Shown here: positions 59,755-64,000 of the stretch, in pieces
Layout: the number at the start of each line of letters is the position of its first letter
How positions within the stretch are numbered: the stretch's first letter is position 1
NCBI GenBank assembly: GCA_023129165.1
Contig: JAGMCL010000060.1
Coordinates: 7,776-71,775, forward strand
Source: a candidate division WOR-3 bacterium
GTDB taxonomy: Bacteria; Hydrothermota; UBA3073
Direction of reading: 5' to 3'
Length of the DNA: 64,000 nt
Made by a program: the position numbers and the translations under genes
Notes under the pieces: model-generated
The model's input: the letters and a program-made list of their open reading frames with translations, nothing else
Databases searched by the model: none
Told to the model about the DNA's origin: nothing

Positions 59755-60489
59755 CTACTCTCGAAGAGGATAGCCGATAACGCTCATGTAGATAACGCTT
59801 TCCTCTATTCCATCTACATTAATTATCTTATTAACCGCATCATCAAAAAGGGCTCCAATTTGACAGGAACCCAGCCCAAGAGCAGTGGCAGTTAGTGCAA
59901 GGTTCTGCGCAATATGTCCTGCATCAAGGTAAATATATCTGTATGCACGCTCTCTATATTTCCACATGGAGCGATTGAATATAGCTGTCCAGATAAAAAC
60001 TAAAGCTGCAATAGAACACATTTCCTGGTCCATTGCTGCTTGGGTTATATCCCCCCTGAAATCCCCATAACTCAACTCCTCCAGAATATGAGCCTTTATA
60101 TTATAATGATATACCCCTTTTACCACTTCTTCTACATTGTTCACGACAAGGTATGTTTCTATTGGATAAAGTGCACCAGCTGATGGAGCAGTGCGAAATT
60201 CATATCCATATTCTTTTCTTTGAATACCACTTGATGCCCAAAGCAGGTATGATAACTGTTTCTGGGTTATGGATTGTTGTGAAAAACTTCGAATGCTCTT
60301 TCGTTTCTTTAGAGTTTCACTTAACAACATATCTGCTATTGTCTCGGGTGTTGGTAGCTTAATCTTCTTACTTTCTGGATATTCCTTATAAAGTTCAGGT
60401 TTGCTTATCCAAACCAACCCTTTTTCTGAAAGCTTATCAGGAAAATATTTTGTTTCTTGTTGAAACCTGCAACCTATTCCTTCAGTCAT
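59755..60489 (-). CDS. SagB/ThcOx-family nitroreductase
   Basis: RKSIRSF, RTAPSAGALYPIE.Y, KY.ERAYRY..LDAGH.AQNL.L.ATALGLG. Confidence 0.88.
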   Translation of the reverse strand: MTEGIGCRFQQETKYFPDKLSEKGLVWISKPELYKEYPESKKIKLPTPETIADMLLSETLKKRKSIRSFSQQSITQKQLSYLLWASSGIQRKEYGYEFRTAPSAGALYPIETYLVVNNVEEVVKGVYHYNIKAHILEELSYGDFRGDITQAAMDQEMCSIAALVFIWTAIFNRSMWKYRERAYRYIYLDAGHIAQNLALTATALGLGSCQIGALFDDAVNKIINVDGIEESVIYMSVIGYPLRE

Positions 60490-61111
60490 TTACACCTCCA
60501 TGGTATAATATTCATTATACCTGATTACTCAGATACTTAACTATATTAGATGAGATTGCCACATTCACTTCGTTCATTCGCAATGACAGCATACAGAATG
60601 AGATTGCCACGTCCCGATTTTCATCGGAACTCGCAATGACAGAAACCTGCGATAAAATTGCCGCATGCAATATCATTAATCTATATTATACAAAGAATTG
60701 TCAAAAAAGTCAAGGAAAATATAGGAGATTTCTGAAAAAGTCCAGAAATCTCTGATTTCACCGATTAAGGGAACTCAAAGGTTGTTTTTCAGAGTTCTCT
60801 ATAGAGTAGGTTTTATTTGTATTATTTCTAACTGAAGATTTTTACTCTTGACAAAATGATAGTTTTGGAGTATAATATTAATATATTCAATAAATTACAA
60901 TAAACATAATTTCGCAAGGTAGTATCAAATAGAATATGAAGGAATATGAAATCTAAAATGTAGGGGTTCGATTTATCGAACCCGCAAATCAGTAACGATA
61001 AAGCCTTAAATAATATTCGTAAGTATAAAGAGGACAATCCGTTAGTAGAGAGAATAAGATTTGAAGAATTCTATAGAATCAGGGGAATAAATATTATACC
61101 AGGAGAACAGC

Positions 61112-61401
61112 ATGCCAAGGATATTGATAATATATTATTCAAGAACTGGAAATACGGAGAAGATGGCAAACCTCATATGTAAAGGTGTTGAAAAAGAGAG
61201 TGTGGAGGTGGAAATGAGACTGCTATTATGGATATTCTGAAATGTATGCTCATTCATGGAATGGTAATTCAGGGTGTCGCAAAAGGAGACCATTATGGAC
61301 CTGTTGCCATAGGAGCCCCTGATGAAAGAAGCAGTGAGCAATGCATAAAATATGGTCAGCGAATTGCGAGGCTTGCAAAACTGATTCTTTCGAATAAATA
61401 A
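61112..61401 (+). pseudogene. Flavodoxin/WrbA-family gene with large internal deletion and frameshifts
   Basis: MPRILIIYYSRTGNTEKMA N-terminus and HGMVIQG...HYGPVAIGAPD C-terminus, with the central part missing; TTGACA-17-TATAAT promoter at 60848-60876. Confidence 0.7.
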
Positions 61402-61697
61402 AATGCACATATCGGAAATCATCGAGTGATTAGTAAATCTGATAATAAAGACATAGTGAAAATCCTACCAACAGCACATCTTGAATTACTGCCCTTTCAG
61501 TTATAAAATACCTCATTATACAAATAAAAAATACAAAATTTTAAATGTTAAAGTACAAACCATAATTTTTTTTACTTGACAAATCCTTCAAAATTATGTA
61601 TAATTATAGTATAGAACCATAAATTATTTACTGATTTTAAAAACCCTATATAAGGTAAATATACTACTTACATTTTTTCAAGGGGAAATTACCTCAT

Positions 61698-64000
61698 ATG
61701 AGAAAAAACAATAAAGGTAAAAACGTGAAAGTCAAAAGGAATAGTACACATAAAAAGATGTCACATAAGCTTGACAAGGAGTACAAGAATATTCTGGATT
61801 ATACACCCATAGGTATAATAAAACTTAATAAGGAATTTAAGATTGAATATGAAAACCATGAGATGAAGAAAATATTGGGTGTACCTCCTGGTAAGGAATC
61901 AAAAGCAATAGGAATGGATATAAGAGAAGTTCCTTCTGTGAAGAACACAGGATTAGTCCCTCTCCTTAACACACTTATACAAGGAAAAGAAATATCCGGC
62001 GAGGTTGCTTTCACATCTATATATGAAAAAGAAACTTATCTATCCTATAGAGGAACTCCTATAATTGAAGATTCAAAATTTACAGGTGCTGTTCTGCTTT
62101 TAAATGACATCACTGAACGAAAGCAGACAGAGGAGAGATATACAAATCAGTTGAAAAGTCGCATTGATATAGGGAATAAAATGAGAACAGAATTAGGGCT
62201 TGAGACCATCCTTCAGAATATTTGCGATACGGTGGTGAATACGCTTGGATGGCGTCAGGTTATCTTATCCCTTCGTGATTATAATACAGGAACGTCTGGT
62301 CCGGTTGCATTGGCAGGATATGACAAAAAAACAACCCATGAAATCCTATCTCGACCCCCTGTTCTCCTTAAAGCAGTAGAAAGATATCTCCATGATGACC
62401 TGAAAATAAGCCACTCCTATTACATCGACCACACTCACTGGGAGATAATGAAGGACTACCCCGGGGGTATTGTTATAACGCCCATACAAGACTTACCGTC
62501 CGATGGGTGGCATGAGAAAGACATATTACTCATTCCTATCTATGGCAAAGAGAAGATTCTCGGATTTATATCACCAGATAATCCAGTAAATGGCAAACGA
62601 CCCACCCAGGATGACATCAGGCTATTTGAGGTACTTGCTGACCAGGCAGGCATCGCTATTGAGTCCTCACGTTTATATGCTGAACTGAAGACATCTGAAA
62701 AGAGATACAGAACACTTGTAGAGGCTGCCAGAGAAGGTATTATCCTGGTAGATGCTGATGAAAATATCACCTTTGTAAACAACGCTGTAGCTGATATTCT
62801 TGGATATAGAAAAGATGAACTTGTTGGAATAAATCTTTCTAATTTGACCACGCAGAAGGAATTCCTCAAGTTTAGGAAGGGGACAGAGGAGAGGAAGAAA
62901 GGCAAGTTCGGTAAATATGAAACAATTCTATACAGTAAAAAAGGAACTCCCCATAGATTCATTATTTCAGCAGCACCATTATTTAATCCTGATGGAACTT
63001 ATGCAGCCTCAATGGGCGTCCTTACAGATATAACAGAGCAGGAGAAGATAAAAAAGGCTCTTCAGGAATCTGAGGAGAAATACAGGTCAGTATGTGAGAA
63101 CTCCTTAACAGGAATCTATATCTCTCAGAATGGAAAATTAAAATTCGTTAACAAACAGCTTGAGAAACTCAGCGGGTACTCTTGTAAAGAACTTCTAAGT
63201 ATGGAATTCTTGAAACTGGTTCATCCCGAAGACAGGAAGATGGTGAAAGAGAGAGATTTAGAGAGAAATAGGATGAAAGAAGAGAGGAGAGAAATGGGAG
63301 AGGATATGGTTTCCTTTTATGAATTCAGGGGGATAAAAAAGAATGGTGAGACTATCTGGTTCGAATCTATAACCTCTTCAATCGAATATGAAGGGCAACG
63401 AGCGTTGCTTGGAAATTTAATTGATATTACCGAACGTAGGAAAGCTTCTCTTGAATTAGAGAAATATATGAACAAGCTTGAACAACTTAATGATGCAAAG
63501 TCCCGTTTTGTATCATCGTTCTCCCATGACATCAGATCGCCACTTACTACAATAAACGGGTATACCTCTCTCCTTCTTGGCAAAAATTGGGGAGACCTGA
63601 CAGAGAAGCAGGAGAATGGTCTGCACAAGATACTCAAGAGCACCAGCTATATAAACGACCTTGTTGACAGGATTCTGGATCTGTCCAGGATTGAATCAGG
63701 AAAAACAACGATTGTACTGCAGAAGATTAATCCAGTGGAGGAAATAGAAAAAAGTATAACAGATTTTATCACAATAACAAAGGAAAAGGAGCAATCACTC
63801 AGGTTTATTGGTGATAGTTCAGTAAATACTGCTCATGCCGATCCTAAAGCGATGCAGCGAATACTGAATAATCTTATTGCTAATGCCAATAAGTACACAG
63901 CAAAGGGCGGTAAGATAGAGATTAACCTACTTGAGAAGGATAAGTTTATACAGATAAACGTAAAAGACAATGGACAGGGTATTCCAGGAGAGGAACTGAA
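61698..64000 (+). CDS. Cytoplasmic PAS-GAF-PAS-PAS sensor histidine kinase (3'-partial; not in ORF track)
   Basis: Read by eye: PAS starts (ILDYTPIGII; YRTLVEAAREGI; YRSVCENSLTGIY), GAF (LADQAGIAIE), H-box FSHDIRSPL, N-box ILNNLIANANKYT, G1 VKDNGQGIP; promoter TTGACA-17-TATAAT at 61576-61604. Confidence 0.88.
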   Translation, partial: MRKNNKGKNVKVKRNSTHKKMSHKLDKEYKNILDYTPIGIIKLNKEFKIEYENHEMKKILGVPPGKESKAIGMDIREVPSVKNTGLVPLLNTLIQGKEISGEVAFTSIYEKETYLSYRGTPIIEDSKFTGAVLLLNDITERKQTEERYTNQLKSRIDIGNKMRTELGLETILQNICDTVVNTLGWRQVILSLRDYNTGTSGPVALAGYDKKTTHEILSRPPVLLKAVERYLHDDLKISHSYYIDHTHWEIMKDYPGGIVITPIQDLPSDGWHEKDILLIPIYGKEKILGFISPDNPVNGKRPTQDDIRLFEVLADQAGIAIESSRLYAELKTSEKRYRTLVEAAREGIILVDADENITFVNNAVADILGYRKDELVGINLSNLTTQKEFLKFRKGTEERKKGKFGKYETILYSKKGTPHRFIISAAPLFNPDGTYAASMGVLTDITEQEKIKKALQESEEKYRSVCENSLTGIYISQNGKLKFVNKQLEKLSGYSCKELLSMEFLKLVHPEDRKMVKERDLERNRMKEERREMGEDMVSFYEFRGIKKNGETIWFESITSSIEYEGQRALLGNLIDITERRKASLELEKYMNKLEQLNDAKSRFVSSFSHDIRSPLTTINGYTSLLLGKNWGDLTEKQENGLHKILKSTSYINDLVDRILDLSRIESGKTTIVLQKINPVEEIEKSITDFITITKEKEQSLRFIGDSSVNTAHADPKAMQRILNNLIANANKYTAKGGKIEINLLEKDKFIQINVKDNGQGIPGEEL

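Noticed and set aside
59755-60489. RiPP (azole) biosynthetic cluster around the SagB-like gene
   Set aside because: No YcaO, precursor peptide or transporter is nearby, and stand-alone members of this family are common.
62540-63643. Minus-strand ORFs 62540-62962 and 63317-63643
   Set aside because: They are antisense to the histidine kinase, which the ORF track missed because it has no stop within the window.

Overview
AT-rich (low-GC) bacterial chromosome segment from a diderm organism. The many secreted proteins with a C-terminal 'PNPF...IYD..G.LV..L...G...WDG...SG.YF' sorting/FlgD-Ig domain, plus DUF6754, GWxTD and PorV-like genes, suggest an FCB-group candidate phylum such as WOR-3/TA06 (inference only). 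The window has three zones. (1) 1-20.7 kb: a run of mostly minus-strand secreted CTD-bearing cargo genes (peptidase-like enzymes and repeat beta-propellers), separated by RAYT-derived miniature elements and a recurrent GTTRRRY-containing motif. It runs directly into an integrase-less integron cassette array at about 19.8-24.0 kb, with attC sites, two attI-like cores and a Pc-like promoter. (2) 26.7-39.2 kb: an eight-gene PorV-like / TPR / ExbB / ExbB-ExbD fusion / ExbD / TonB / OmpA-like operon, divergent from a GWxTD gene and an apparently catalytically dead C25 gene. This is a candidate TonB-energised export or surface-shuttle machine for the CTD cargo. (3) 39-64 kb: housekeeping genes (asnS, xerC, three PPIases, lptE, CCA enzyme, ispD/ispF, parA, rsmG, TsaC-LMW-phosphatase fusion, queA, ruvX, mltG), a nitroreductase, two pseudogenes and a PAS/GAF histidine kinase that runs off the end. 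Intergenic regions hold several families of palindromic REP-like repeats, and several genes appear leaderless. No rRNA, tRNA or CRISPR array was recognised. All assignments come from reading motifs by eye; no searches were run.
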